The position numbers and the translations under genes are program-made. This document shows, piece after piece, positions 36,502-49,528 of a DNA stretch of 64,000 nt. Position 1 is the stretch's first letter; each line of letters starts with the position of its first letter. Location of the stretch: positions 1,488,707-1,552,706 of the forward strand of contig MU004197.1 of the NCBI GenBank assembly GCA_010093605.1, read 5' to 3'. The notes below the pieces were generated by a model that had not been told where the DNA came from, ran no database searches, and saw only the letters and a program-made list of their open reading frames with translations. The DNA is from Lophium mytilinum (lineage: Eukaryota).

Positions 36502-38867
36502 TCAGAAGAAACGAGATTTCGGCGGTAGGGGGCCCGGAGGACTCGCCATGCCCGGTGCAGTAGGTGGGGCCATAGGTGCTTGTGCAAATAGCGAGCTGAT
36601 TGGAAGTCCCGAGAATCCCAATCCGTTCACCCGTCCGCATCCAGGGGTAGCACCTTGTCCACCGACAGTAGGTGCCGGACGGCTAGTGCCAGTGACGCCG
36701 TTGTCCAAGGACCCTGGGTGTCCGCCGGAGATAGAGACTGGGCGCATTGTTCCAGTTGCCGGACCAAGAGAATCGAAAGAAAAGGTGTTGTATTGCGCAG
36801 GGCGGTGGGTGGCCCCGAAGTCCCCGGAGCAGTCCCCGTCTGGGAGAGTATCTGCAAGAAGGTCATTAGCCACAGGGCGTCCAGCCCCGAATCCAATGGC
36901 CGCTGCGCGAGGGGCACCAAATGGGTTGAAAGCGGCCTGGGAGCGATAGTTGTGTGTAATCGCGGTGCGGACGTTTCCAAAAGCAGTGGGAGGCTCAACA
37001 TCCGGCACTGCGTCTGCGTTGAGATTGGCAAGTGCAAATTGTTGTTGGTGAAGGTTGCCCGAGGGGAAGGCGAGGGCTGGTGCGGGCATTTGGATCGCGG
37101 CGTGATGTGTGGCATGATCGGTGGTAAGGGTGTTAGGGATACTGCCGGGAGCGATGATGTCGGCGACAACTTCGCTATACTGTGACTGGGACTCAGCCCC
37201 ATACGGGAGGCGGTCCTGATGCTCCTGCTGGGTGATGTTGTGCTGGATAGCGTCGGGAGACGTGATAGGAACGGGCAGGTCGGAGACTTTCATGGTGTCC
37301 TGAATAGCATCACGAACCTCATTCGTGGTATCTTCTTCTGGATCAGCACCTGCAACAGCGTCCTGTTTCGGCTTAGCATCCTCTCCTGGCTCAGCTTTTG
37401 CAGCCGCAGCCTCCTCTTGCGTGACGATGATAGAGTCGGTGATAGAGCTAACTGCGCTCTCGGTCAGTTCATGCTCCGATTCCTGACGTTCGCCGTCCCT
37501 CAGTCGCTTAGCAAGGGTAGGGGTATTATGGTAGGTGAAGTCGTCCCCAGGGGCGGGACGGGGTGCGACGTTCCAGATCACCACAGGATCCTCTTTTCCG
37601 GCATGATCTCGCTGACGAAGCTGCTCCCACAGCTCCACGATCTGCTCTTGTTGCTTCGCTTTCTCCTGATTCAGCTCCGCGAGTTGTTCATTCTGTTCAT
37701 TGACTTGCTGCCGAAGCTCGCGCATTTCCACGCGGCCCTCCACCAGCTGTTGACGATACCTCGTCACCACCTTCACGACGCCTTCCTTCTTCTCCGAGAG
37801 TGTCAGCTCACCCACGGATAGCTCGGTGTCGTCGTCCTGATTGTAGCAGCAGTCTTTGATCTGGTCCTCCAATTCGTCGACCAAGTCCTGCAGGTCGTTA
37901 ACGTTTTGGATGTTGGCGTTAGCCAGCTTCAGGTTTTTGTCTGCTTTCTTCTTCAGCTTGCCACACTTGGCCTCCAGCGCCGGGCAACGTGGGCACATGG
38001 GCGGCACCGGCTCTTCCTCATTCTTTGAGACGGATTGATGGCCGTCTCGGATAGGGGTCTGAGACTCGTAGCTGCGTTCCTTGTCGGGTGATGGTGGTGC
38101 AATAACAATGGTCTTGGTCTCGGGTTTGTCCTTGGTTCCAGGGCAGACTTCGTTGACGACATGAATAGTGTCCGTAGTATTGACTACGGACGAGCGCGGG
38201 TTCTCGTTGCCTATACCATCATCGATTAGAGAGACCAGGGTGAGCTCATGTTGATTGTATTGCGTACCCTGTGGTAGACCAGACTGAGGGGTGTCCGGAT
38301 CCAAGACGCGTATGCGCTCTCCCTCCTCTGGTGAATGATCGTAAGAAGGAGGTGCAGTCGCTGACGACGGGGGCTTTGGGGAGCTTGTGCCAGAGCTAGG
38401 CTGAGGAGTGGACTCCGTGGTGACTGTAGCGGATGCGCCGAGAATGGAAAGGTATTCGGACACGTCTATGTTTCCTGTTAGATCAAGTTGAACTGTAGTA
38501 GGGGATGGGGCTTACGTTTGGAGACTTCTTTCTTCACGCATTCTTCTACCAGGGAGCTCTGCTTCAATACTTCCTCCCTCACGAACTTATCTACCAAGAA
38601 ACCAATGCCCTGGCGCGCGGCAGGAGTGAAAATATCGGCAGAGCTCTGTTGATTTTCTGCTCGTTGGGCCGCTGCGATACGCGCCTCCATGACTTCCGAC
38701 ATAATGCTCACTACCTCTTGCGTATGGTATGGATGGGACGTAAGCAATTCCCGGCCCAACATCTTGGCTTTGCGTTGTCGAGGAGGGGGGACGTTCATAT
38801 TCTGCGACTTTGCGATGTCGTGCGGGAAATCTAGTGGGATAGAAGAAGAGAAGCTAGAAGAAGACAT
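36502..38867 (-). CDS. Array gene C: orphan, coiled coil + disordered Gly/Pro-rich tail
   Basis: ORFs 38478-38906 and 36502-38463 are joined by a 50-nt intron 38466-38515 (GTAAGC, CTAAC, TAG). Post-intron HVSEYLSILGAS resembles A's NVRLALQAMGAS. Confidence 0.75.
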
Positions 38868-39698
38868 GCTAACAAAGTGGGAGGTGATGAGGGTGGATAG
38901 GTACACCAGAGATGGTGGTGGTGTTGCCAGGTGTGGTGTCTAGGTGTGATGAATCCTCGAGGTTCTGCGTTCGGGGCGAGCTTTTTACGCCCGTCAAATT
39001 GGCTGGATTCACTGTCTTGACAGCCTCCACGCGTATCACGTGTGGTGTGCCTGTGTGCCTGGTCCTTTGGCGGCGCCTGCTGCCGGGCGTCGGGCGCCGG
39101 GCGAGTTATAATCGATACAGTGTGTATTCACTTATTCAATGTGCATACCTTTGGGCATCAAACTCTCGATGTCACTCTACGCGTTAGTTATGGCTTTGGT
39201 GGTATATTGGGGACTAAGGAGGTTAGACGACGTGGAATGTGCATAGAACTTGAAACGACGGGTCTATAATGAGAGAATCAAATATACAATCTCTACCAAA
39301 CGGAACACATTCATATTTGATGTTGTCGTAAGTTCTGGACTATCGGGGCACATTCTCCTGCTCTCCAAGTTTGCAACACGCCTACAAGCTTCCACACAAT
39401 GTCAACATCGCTAATGGCTCGGTTCGATACAGCTAATCCTGAGTTCTGACCTTCAGATCATATTCCATATATTCCGGTGGATCAGGGCCCCTCAAACATC
39501 ACTGGCCAGATGGCAAGAGAGCAAACACTTCTATCACAATTCAAAGGGTATAGAATTGGGACCTGAATACGTATATACGTCGGCCTGAGCCCTCATACTA
39601 CCGATGCAGCTGAACCGTTTTGAATATGGACTAATGATGAAGAAGCGCTACAATTGATCAACGAACTGATCAAAACGTATGAAGAGAGCGCATAATAT

Positions 39699-41969
39699 CT
39701 AGAGTTCATCCTCATCGCTCTTATCTTCTGTCTCTTCGTCAGACTCTTCGCCATGGCTCTCATACTCCGTCTCTCCGGCAGACTCTTCATCATCGCTCTC
39801 AAATTCTGTCTCTTGGGCAGACTCTTTACCATCGCCCTCTTCTTCCACTTGTTCCTCCTCCAGCTCTTCATTGTTCGCCTCCATGTGCTCCTCCGACGGC
39901 GTCTCAGTACTTCCCTTCACTTCGGGCCCGTCGTAGGCTTTGTAGCCCGTCGGTTTATATCCCTTGTAGATGGCTGGATTGACAATCTTGTGCCTCGCTT
40001 TATCCATTCCCGAAAGGATTATGTCGAGCAATTTAGAGATCTCTTCTGCCGAATACTCTTCATTCGATCCGTAGCCCCCAGAGACTATTTCACGCGCAAT
40101 GTTCTCTTTGTTGCTGAGCAAGAGTCGCAGGCGTTCCTGCAGACGTTCTTGCTCTCTCGGCGTTGAGTCCTTCACGTCCTCAGCATCCCTGAACCAGCCG
40201 ATTCCACCACGGAGGGCCAATGGGTCATCGAAAGGAGCAGGATCAGCATCTGGATCCGGGTCGTTGTCCGGATCATGCGATGGAGGGGAGGGGAATTCGC
40301 GGCCGAATTGGATGAACGAAGACACCTCCTGAGCAACCTCCTCATCAAGCCCCTTCAGGTAATCGACTGTGTCCCGCTCATCGATTTCCTCCTCTAACTT
40401 GTCTTGCATGTAGTTAGATTCCGGACCGAGCTCAACCTTAGCAACGTCGAGGAAGCCTTGGAAGTCTTCCAAGTACCCCTTCCAGCGCTCGGCCTCCTTC
40501 GTCTTTTCTTCAAGTTGCTCATTCCTATCCGCCAACATTGCCCGGAATAAGCGAACCTCGGAACGGATGCGCCTCAACGCGGTCTTCGCCTCCGCCCGCT
40601 CTTCTAGGAACAGCGCGGTTTGGGCGTTTGCCTCATGGATAATGTGATGTTTCTCGTGATCCATCTTCTGGTGGTCTTTAGCGAGGAAGTCGCACGCCTT
40701 GTCGCATTCGCGAAGCTCTTTCTTGAGCTCATCGTTCTCCTTCTTCAGCTGATCTTTCTCCTTCCTCAGTCGAGTGTAGTGACCTCTCAGCTCGCGTAGC
40801 TCGACGGGCGCTCCCGGCCTTGGCAACTTTGCGAAGCTTGCGCGGAGTGCGTCTTCCTGCTCTTCCTCAATCGCCTTCGCTTGCAGTATCTCGTCCACTT
40901 TGGCTTTAGCTGCCAGCGCATCAGCCGTCTCTTTCCTGGCCGTGATGAGTTCCTCTTGAAGAGCGTCATATTTGGCTTTTGTGACTAGCGCCTCGCGAAG
41001 GACATCGGAGTTGTCGCAGGCGAGAGGAGTACTAGCGGTGATGGAAGATGGAGGGGTATCGATACTAGGTCGAGGGCGAACATTGCCAGTATCTAGACGT
41101 CCAGCAGTATTAGTAATGAAAAACGAGACTTGCGGTCTGCTATGGGCTAATGCTTACCGATTATAGCGGAGTCCACAGCCTTACCAAGAGTGAACGGAGA
41201 CGCTGACATCGAGGCGCCCTGCTTTTGTGAAACCGAGCTGCATGGGCCCAGGCTCGACGTGTTTGAGGACGTATCGCTTCCATTTCCCGGTGAAGTCGGG
41301 CGAGACTGTACAGAAGACTGACTAGCCGCAGAAAATGGGGGAAGCCACTGATGGTCGCGATAGTCGGAGGGTATATTAGGGGGTGTATTCGAGGGAGTGG
41401 CTACGCTTCCACGCAACTGGCGAAGCAGTCGGACTTCAAGTGCCTCGGGGGGTGAGGGGGTGTTCTTCCTGAGTTCGCGACGAAGCCGCGCCTCCAGAGA
41501 CTCTCCTAGCTCTGTTCAGTCCCATAGATGTTGACAATGATTGCGTGGAACACTTACCAATGTGCAGCATTGCCTTCAGCTGCTCAGCAGGATGATCTGA
41601 TACAGCTGATGGCGGCTGAGCTTTAGTCCGGTAAGCTGGCGGCTCATCCATGGGGCGGCGCATGGCCTGGGTCCCTTGGAAAGGAGGCATCGATACGTTT
41701 GGGGCTGAGGATGTTGCTGGCGCGTCCCCAAATTGAAGACGAGTTCCAGAGGTAGTGGTAGACGGATGAATAGCCTCGATGGCGTCGTGGAGGTTGAGAC
41801 CGCTTGGAAAGTGACGCATCAAGAAGTTGTCGTCTACGATAGCTGCTGACCGGAAGGTAGGCTGGAGCATGGATGCTGGAGGAGGACGAGCAGCCTGAGC
41901 GGCGCGATGCTCCGCCGCCATCGCAGCCGCTGCGTTGAACCGGGGGTACGCGGGAGCAATAAATGACAT
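39699..41969 (-). CDS. Array gene D: orphan, coiled coil + acidic repeat tail
   Basis: Introns at ~41512-41557 and ~41094-41157 (alternative donor possible) join ORFs 41436-41999, 41147-41416 and 39699-40898; the tail has ~13-aa E/D/S repeats. Confidence 0.7.
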
Positions 41970-43605
41970 CGAGACACTAATATGGATATGTACTAACAAG
42001 TGAGCAACACGATTACTCAGGATGTGAGTGGTGGTTGTATGTTGAGGTTCTCAGGTGGGGGGTGTCGATGAAGATGAAAGTTCTGGCTCTTCCGGTCGGC
42101 GCGGGGAGTTTATGTCTGGTTTCCCGAATCTGTTCACCACGTGACTTTACGGGCACGCTAAGCTAGAGAGCTGGCGTAAATGCCCAGGCGGACCCCGGTT
42201 GCCAAGCGACTCCACGTGACGTCACGACATCGGGAACAATATCGCTCCGAACACCCTATACTACTCCCTTTCCTCCTCCCAGTTGTGGTTTCTCAAGTGG
42301 CCCGATATTTTAAAAAAAGTGGTGTGAGGGACTCAGCTGTGCAAGATCGAGGCTAGTTCCAAGATGTCTTTACTTTCGTCTGCTTCGTCTTCGGATCTCC
42401 ACGTGGAACGTTGTATACTGGATCTTATCGGAATTTCTTTTGTCGTATATAAGTTTTGATCAAAGATAACATTCTAGTTAGCACAAGTCCTCCATGTGGC
42501 TCATCGTGCGTTGTTTGTGAATGCTACTGCTGAAATGGCCCAGACATGACGATAATTGAATCCGAGTCATGATGGGAATCTCTGTGTTGTTTGAGCGTTA
42601 GCTCTCATATTGGCGGAATATATTCAGCATCATCGCCACGGATTGTGCCCCCAGTATCATTTTCCATAACGGCAGATCGCAAGACTTACGCGCCAGTCGC
42701 CAGATTCCCATCCTGGTACGGGTTCCTGGCCGTTGCTGATATATAATAGACACCTCACCACTGTACATATTTCGTCTTGTCGAGCTAGAGGTAAAAGCTT
42801 TCAATCTCCGTGATTGATTGACGGGACATATCGGACCGGTGTTAGCTATAGCGTCGTAAGAGACAAGGGTTTCTGGGTTAGGACTGGGATCTGAGCCCTG
42901 GGGTGTTTGACGGCTTGGTAGAAGTTGGTTCGCAAGCTAAAAGCTTTCTTTGATTAGACAGGGCTGGCATTCGGTTCAAGCTAATAGGTGGCTGTAGAAC
43001 CCTCGCACTGTCAGGTTTGCTACCTTGGGTGTAGAAAATGAAAACTACTGCACGTTTTCAGTGAATGGGTAAGCTACTTGTAGGTAAAGAGCTTAATCTG
43101 GGCCTCACTCGCGACATAGAAAGGGGCTGACACGTGATCAGATGCTTGTTCGGGCAAGTCTTCGCAGGGTGCAAAAGGTGTGGAAGACGGAGAGGGTTGC
43201 GCCTAAGTTGTAGCCAGTTTAACTGAAACCTTACTTCCCATGGTTAAACCGCCATGGCAATTTTGGCCGCAACCTCTCTGCCTTCCACATCTTTTGCGCA
43301 CAGCCAAGACTTTCCCGAACAAGTAATTGGTTCCAATTCCACCACTGGTAGTATGCCTCAATGCCTCTACTCTAAGCAATCATATCTTGTTCTCGGGCAT
43401 ATCTATGAATATTGCCATGCACCTTTCATGCGCGCCGCAAGGTACCAGCAAACCGCACCCATGGTCCTTCCCTACACCACATTGGTACGCGGCTAGGATT
43501 GCTAGATTGATATGATGGTTTTGTGTATGCTCTTCACAGGCACTTGTTCAGCAGGTCATAGCCGATGTTATCATCCTCCTCATAGTTTTCAGAGTCTTCA
43601 TCAGG

Positions 43606-44789
43606 CTATGAGTCGGACGAATCATACTCTTTGTCCTCATCGTAGTACCTGTCCACGCTCCATCTCCGGCATAGCGTCGATCTGTGATAAACCTCCCTCT
43701 CGGGTTTGCCATCGAATCCGATCGTCAGGCGATCAGCCATGCTTTGTCCTTCGGAAGGTAGAGGCGCTTGCTCTTTGTTGACCGGACTATCCACAGAAAG
43801 GCTTCGCATATCAGACTGTGAACTCTTGTTTTCGTCGAGCTTGGTGTGTTCAGATAGGAGAGTATGGGAAGTATCCTTGACCGCGTCAATCTCCTGGGGC
43901 TCGGTTCCGAAGAGTGTTTCGGAATGGGGTTGCTGTTGAGGAAGATGTGCCGCAGAATGAGCCCTGGATGATTGTTTGATTGCAGCGGTCACAATATCGT
44001 TAAGAGTTTCCTCGGCATCCATCTCCTTATTCAAGGCGTCCGCGAGATCTCGCTCAGCTCCATCGTGCTGGCGCATAGTCTCTTGGACACCATCAGCTGA
44101 TGTGGAGGGCAGTGGTTGGAACTTCAAGTTAACAGCATGGAGGTCAATTACTGCATGAGCAGGCGCGCGATCGAGCGAGTTCGCCTGCGCCTTCATTGGA
44201 GCGAAAGAGCAAGCTCTTGGGTTGAGAAGTGAAGTCGAAGCTTTGGGTCGTACACTCTCAGCGTGGATATCGTCGTTGGTCGAATGATTCATGCCAGGCA
44301 TGAAGGGACCGTCGAGATGGACTATACATAAGTGAATCAGTATATGATAATAGCGTGATATTTAGTATGCTACTTACGGTCTTTCGGCGGAAGCTTCAAG
44401 TCCTTGTCCGTCTTCGCCAAGAATTCAGCTATGGATAGCTGTCTGAGGCTTGAAGACGACGGAGTAGCTTCAGCGGCGCTGTCCTGAGAGGCTGATTCCG
44501 CTAGTGCTGATGTCGACGTGGACGAAGGACGCGTGGAAGGGGTTGACTCAGCGCATCGGCCGCGAGCGCGATAGTCAGTCTGGTGAATGGAAGAAGCAGA
44601 TGTAGCATCTTCGTCTTCTTCAGCAACTTGAATCAACGCTACATCAAGAATGATCAGCTTGGGGGGAGGAAACGTCAGCCTAGAGGCGAAGTTACCTTGG
44701 TAGGCTAGACTTTCGATCGCCTTCTGGAATCGACCACTCGTGTATCGAACGAGTGCCGGAGGGAGCTTCTCGCACGTGGTGGGCGGCAT
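43606..44789 (-). CDS. Array gene E: orphan, N-terminal helix motif + disordered region (possibly C-terminally truncated)
   Basis: Predicted introns 44639-44695 (57 nt) and ~44322-44376 give one frame; it ends at a TAG followed by more acidic coding-like sequence. Confidence 0.65.
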
Positions 44790-46299
44790 GGTGAGTGGAA
44801 ACAGATTATCAGTGGAAGGTATACCTACTTGACAGGACAGAGGTGGGGTAGTGTGCAGGGGTCAAATTGGGTAGGTGTGGAGGGCGCCAAATGTTGGGCG
44901 CGGAGGCGGAAAAGTCTTGTGGAGGTAACGGCAAAGTTTGACGAAATGATGGAGAGAGAAGACGTTATATATGCGAGGAAGATTTGGTAAAAGTAGCTCC
45001 CACGTGCCCTTTCCAGTTAGTAAAAGAAAATTACTCTCCAAAGTTTGTTTCGATACAGCGAGAAACAGCAGGTCGTTCCGTGGAAGGTACCACTTATCAC
45101 AGTGGTTACTATTTTAGCCGTTGTGGTGAAACCTAACAGGCCACTTGCACGGCCGGCTTCTTCAGACTCTCTGTGCGCCAATGATATTCATTTCATCTCT
45201 CTTTGATGATTTCACTCATTGCGGAGATTTGGTGGGGAGTTCCAGAACCGTGTTTTGCAAATTACCGTTGATACCTTCTAGAAACTCTTTTCGCCCCCAG
45301 CGAACATAATAGCACATCTTGACCTGTGTCAATGAGCCCAGCCGCGCCCCTCCTCGTGTCCAACCTTTGAGGCCAGGCCATTCACTCACGTGGCGAGACT
45401 CATGTAACTAGAGTCCCGTTCTTCGCCATAAAGATTGTTATACCTTCCTCTACCAAACACCTACTCTATAAACCGATATGACATTGCAAACAATGTAGCC
45501 ATACCCTCAAAAGCTCCTTCAAGTATCCCCAGAATACGTGTAATGTCAAGAAAAGAGGGACCTGGAGGTTGGAAGATTACCTAGCTATAGCTCTGGGTGG
45601 AATGCAAACTGTTCATCACGCCAGATCTTCTTGTTTCTAGTGTATCTGGCGTGGTGATACCAGCATAGACATCCCTCAAAATCCGTGCTAGTATGGAATA
45701 AACGAAGGAAATCGCCAGCTTCGGGCATAACAAAGAAACCAAAATAGTGAAAGCAGACGTAGAAATCCTTCCGAAAGAAGGAATGGAGACAAGGAACTTG
45801 CAGTATTGTAGTATAGCCACAGCAAATCATGTAAACCATTCATTTGCGCATCTAGAGCAAGAAGAAAATGTCCTCTTCCATACGCAAAGCAATCGTTGCA
45901 AAGTGCTACGGGCGTAGGCGACTCGTCACACCACGCTCTCTTGTACATGTACATACCTTTGTGGCACCTATATATACACTTAGATATCTCAATACACACC
46001 TCATAGTTGCACCGCGATGCAATAGAAAGCTACCACAGCAGAATGATCAGAGCAAGGGACGGGTGACGTTTATACGCAATTAACATCTGTCAACACTAAT
46101 ATGTATATCAAAACCTAACGCGCTACGCAGGTACACCTAAACCACAGAAGCATCGCAAGAAATGTTCAATCAAAACAGAATGAGCAAAACAGAATTAGCA
46201 AAATAGAATAAGGTAGGACAAAACAGCAAAACAAAAAGAAATCTTCCAGCTAGAAACACCATTTTTTATTCTTCTCCCTTGACCCATCAACAGCGCCAT

Positions 46300-49200
46300 T
46301 TAATTTGCCTTCGCTCTCCTAGCAGCATTGTGCGAGCTCTGATTATCACACAGCACCACCGTGTGCTTTGCAGCTTCCTTTCTACGCTGCTGCACCGCTG
46401 CAATATGGGCAGTGTCTGACTTCGCCATGTCGACTCCCCAGTTGCTCCAAGTACTGTTCGGAGCAAGTCGCTCGGTGAGGGGTTTGCGGACAGTGGTGCG
46501 TCCGAGTGCTTCTGTCTTCGAGTAGTCGGAAGTTGTGAGGCAGGCTGGCGCGGCTCCACGCTGGGGTTTCGTGGTGGGTCGATTCATAGATGTGTTTGTG
46601 GTGTTTGCGCTCTTGCCCGAGCCTGGGGATTTCCGAAGTGGTGGTAGGCCTTGAGTGCCCTTGAAACCTGGAATAGAGGTTGAAACAGGGCGGGGTTTCC
46701 GGAAAGGGAGGGAGGAAGCCACCAAGCTCTGCTTTTTAGGTAGATCAGAGGTCGAAATAGACGCCTTAGCTTTGTGATTCGCAGGCGGAATATAGGTCTG
46801 AACAGTGGGACGAGCAGCCCTAGAACCAGTCTCAGCAGCCTTAGGCTGGGAGGTAAGAACTTTGGACTGGACAACCAGCTTCGGGGTAGACCTATCAGCA
46901 GTAGAAGAGGCAAGCTTGATGCCATACTTGGCACACTGATTATCGTAACGGCCTTTCTTGGGGCGTGCGGACTTCTTCTGTGTGAACTTCTTAGGCTGCG
47001 ACTTCACAACGGTAGCAGGTGCGGCAACGGGGATTGGCTTCTCTGAAGCCTTGGTGGAAGCGGGCGCTGATTTTGGCTCGCGAAGGTGAGGCGGGATGAG
47101 CCTGCGGGAAACTTGCTCAGAGGGAGTGAGAATCGGCTCACGCGACTTCTCTCCAGCTACGGAAGAGACGACTGGAGTAGAAGAAGAACTGCTGACGGAA
47201 TGGTTCCAGTCAGTGCTCTTCCCACTCTCCGAAGTGCTGTCATCAATGACGCTGTCGTGTTCTGAAGCCTCCTCGCACTTTTCAACAAGACGATGAGAGA
47301 ACTTCAGATTTTCGGGGACTTCGTTTGGCTGGAGTTTGGTATTCGACCCTTCCGGTACGGGCCTCAGAGAGCGTTGAAGCCATTGAAGATACCCCTCCGA
47401 GGAGACGGTGGCGGAGAGCCTCGCGAGGGGTAGAGAGGGTACCTCGTCATTAGGAGGATGAGATTCGCAAACAGGAGATATTGCCGCTGCAGGCAAGTCG
47501 ATGATTTCTTCTGGATCCTCTTCAAACGTCGGCTTATCGTCCCACAAAGTCATCGCACCTGGAGGGATGGCGTCCTCCACATCCTCCCACCAGTCAAAAC
47601 TGATGTATTTACGTAGTTCAAGCCTCTCAACATCCTCGGAGGCCACCACCATTTCGCGTGCTTGAACGGGTGCCACCAATTCTTCGTCGTCTTGCGCATC
47701 GCTAATGATGGATCCGCGGCCTGCTGGCTTTGAAAATCCACGTTTGTAAAAGTCTTCAACAGCTTTCCGGACTCCCCGACAGAGATCCTCTGGGATATCA
47801 TCAAGCAGGTCGCCGAGGAAATTATCGACTTTGGCGGTGAGAGAATAAACGACGGGGACTTTGGCTGAAGAGGAGACCTTGACGATTCCTTCTCCGTGGT
47901 CGAAGAACTCGGGAGTCGAGGCGGGGTGTAGAGTCTCGATGACTGAGACCGTGTCGATTCCGCACGCGGTGGGTTTAGAGCTGACTGGGTCATTTTTGGC
48001 TAACATATGACCAACGGAAGCCTCAAAGGCGGCCCCGTAGACATTCTCGAACGGCAAGGTCGTGGTGTCCTCTTGGCGAAGCGGTTCGTTTTTGGCTAAC
48101 ATTCGACCAATGGAAGCCTCGAAGGCGACCCCGTAGACATTCTCGAGAGGTAAGGTCGTAATCTGCTCTTGGCGAACCGGTCCATTTCTGGACAACATGT
48201 GGATCACGGAGTCCTTAAAGGCTGATCCGGAGAGGTTCTCAAACGGTAGGGATGTCAATGTATTGACCCGAACAGTGTTCAGGTTGGGCAGAGGATCTGT
48301 TATGCATGAGCATTACCATCAGAGAATTTGTGTCTATGTGACTTACCGAGCTGCACGATATACTCTTGAGTATTCTCTTCGACGGTGAGGTCAGTCTTGT
48401 TAGGCTGATGTGTGACAGCCTTTTTTTCCTCTTCGAGAGGGCCAAGTGGCTGGGAGCTCTCCTCGTGTTCCGTCTTCTCCTCAATCTTCGTCTCATGGAG
48501 ACCGAGATCGCAGACAACTTGTTTAAGGACGAGGTCGTCCTGGAGAGTCCCTATATGACCAGCCTCCCCATGAAGGTCCTCCTCGGTGTCGCCTCGAGAA
48601 AGCACGCAGACGGCAACATTTTGAGCCTCAGAGAGGCTGTCCTGGGATGCTTCGGTGGATACCACCATGGTGGGCTCGAGATCGTCATCATTCTCGACCG
48701 GGACGGCAGCTTTGGATTCTGCATAGTGTGTCAGTGCGATAGAGGAGAATACATAGTTTGCTAGCTTACCTTCACGAGCGTTGATCACATCCAGGGTCTC
48801 CACGGTTGTAATAGAGTCTTCATCTGATTCGTCCATTGTTAATGCACTGTACTGGACACCCAGTCCGAGGCTAAGCACTTACCTTCAGTGGGCGTAGAGG
48901 AGCGCTCTGTAGTATCCTCGGAGGATATTTCCCGGGCCAAGACGACGACTCGTTCTACGCACGAAGAACGGGAATCTTTAGAGCGAGTGATCTCCACTGG
49001 CACAAACTGTACCACTCCATGGAGAATTTCGGTCTCAGCTTTGGTTGCAGAAAGCTGCGCACGAGCAGTCTGGCTGCCAGTTTGCTCGACCTTGACCATG
49101 TCCGTCTGGATAGAAGTCTGCTTTGAGCGATCTCGAACATTGAGAGGCGTCGACTTCTCACGACACTTGGCCTTGGTCATGGAACGAAGAACATGCGCAA

Positions 49201-49528
49201 AAGATGCTAAGAGGAGGTTAGTTTTAGTGAATAGAAGTGAGTGAGAGGGATTCTTACAACTCTGAGAGAGCTTCTCAACAGCCTTATCATATTCTCTCAT
49301 GGTGTATGCCATCAATTCGGATGGCAAATGACCTGGGACTAGTAAGCTTCTACATCATGAAGACTGGTATGATTGGTGAAAGGCATTACCCTTCTTCATG
49401 GTCGAATCCTTGTGTTTCTTGCCAGGCTTGGGGTTGGAACGGTCTTTGGAGGAGGTAGGATTTGAAGAAGCCTCCACAATCATCTTGACAGGGGGAGTGA
49501 TAGGTGAGCGAGTGGAAGAAGTGGACAT
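46300..49528 (-). CDS. Array gene F: large disordered orphan with helix motif, 32-aa repeats, IPPHLR/YIPP motifs and basic tail
   Basis: Five GT-AG introns (including 49207-49257) join ORFs 48839-49327, 48300-48878 and 46300-48258 with a first exon MSTSSTR starting at 49528. Confidence 0.75.
47985..48260 (-). repeat. Three 96-bp (32-aa) coding tandem repeats in gene F
   Basis: TSLPFENLSGSAFKDSVIHMLSRNGPVRQEQI / TTLPLENVYGVAFEASIGRMLAKNEPLRQEDT / TTLPFENVYGAAFEASVGHMLAKNDPV. Confidence 0.92.

Noticed and set aside
44639..44665. Apparent conserved LxILDV peptide shared by E and H
   Set aside because: It maps to the branch point and acceptor of the predicted intron, so it is not counted as protein conservation unless the intron is retained.
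33691..45392. CACGTG as an array-specific regulator
   Set aside because: It also occurs near SDR/GST, GFA and RPT2, so on its own it is not specific.
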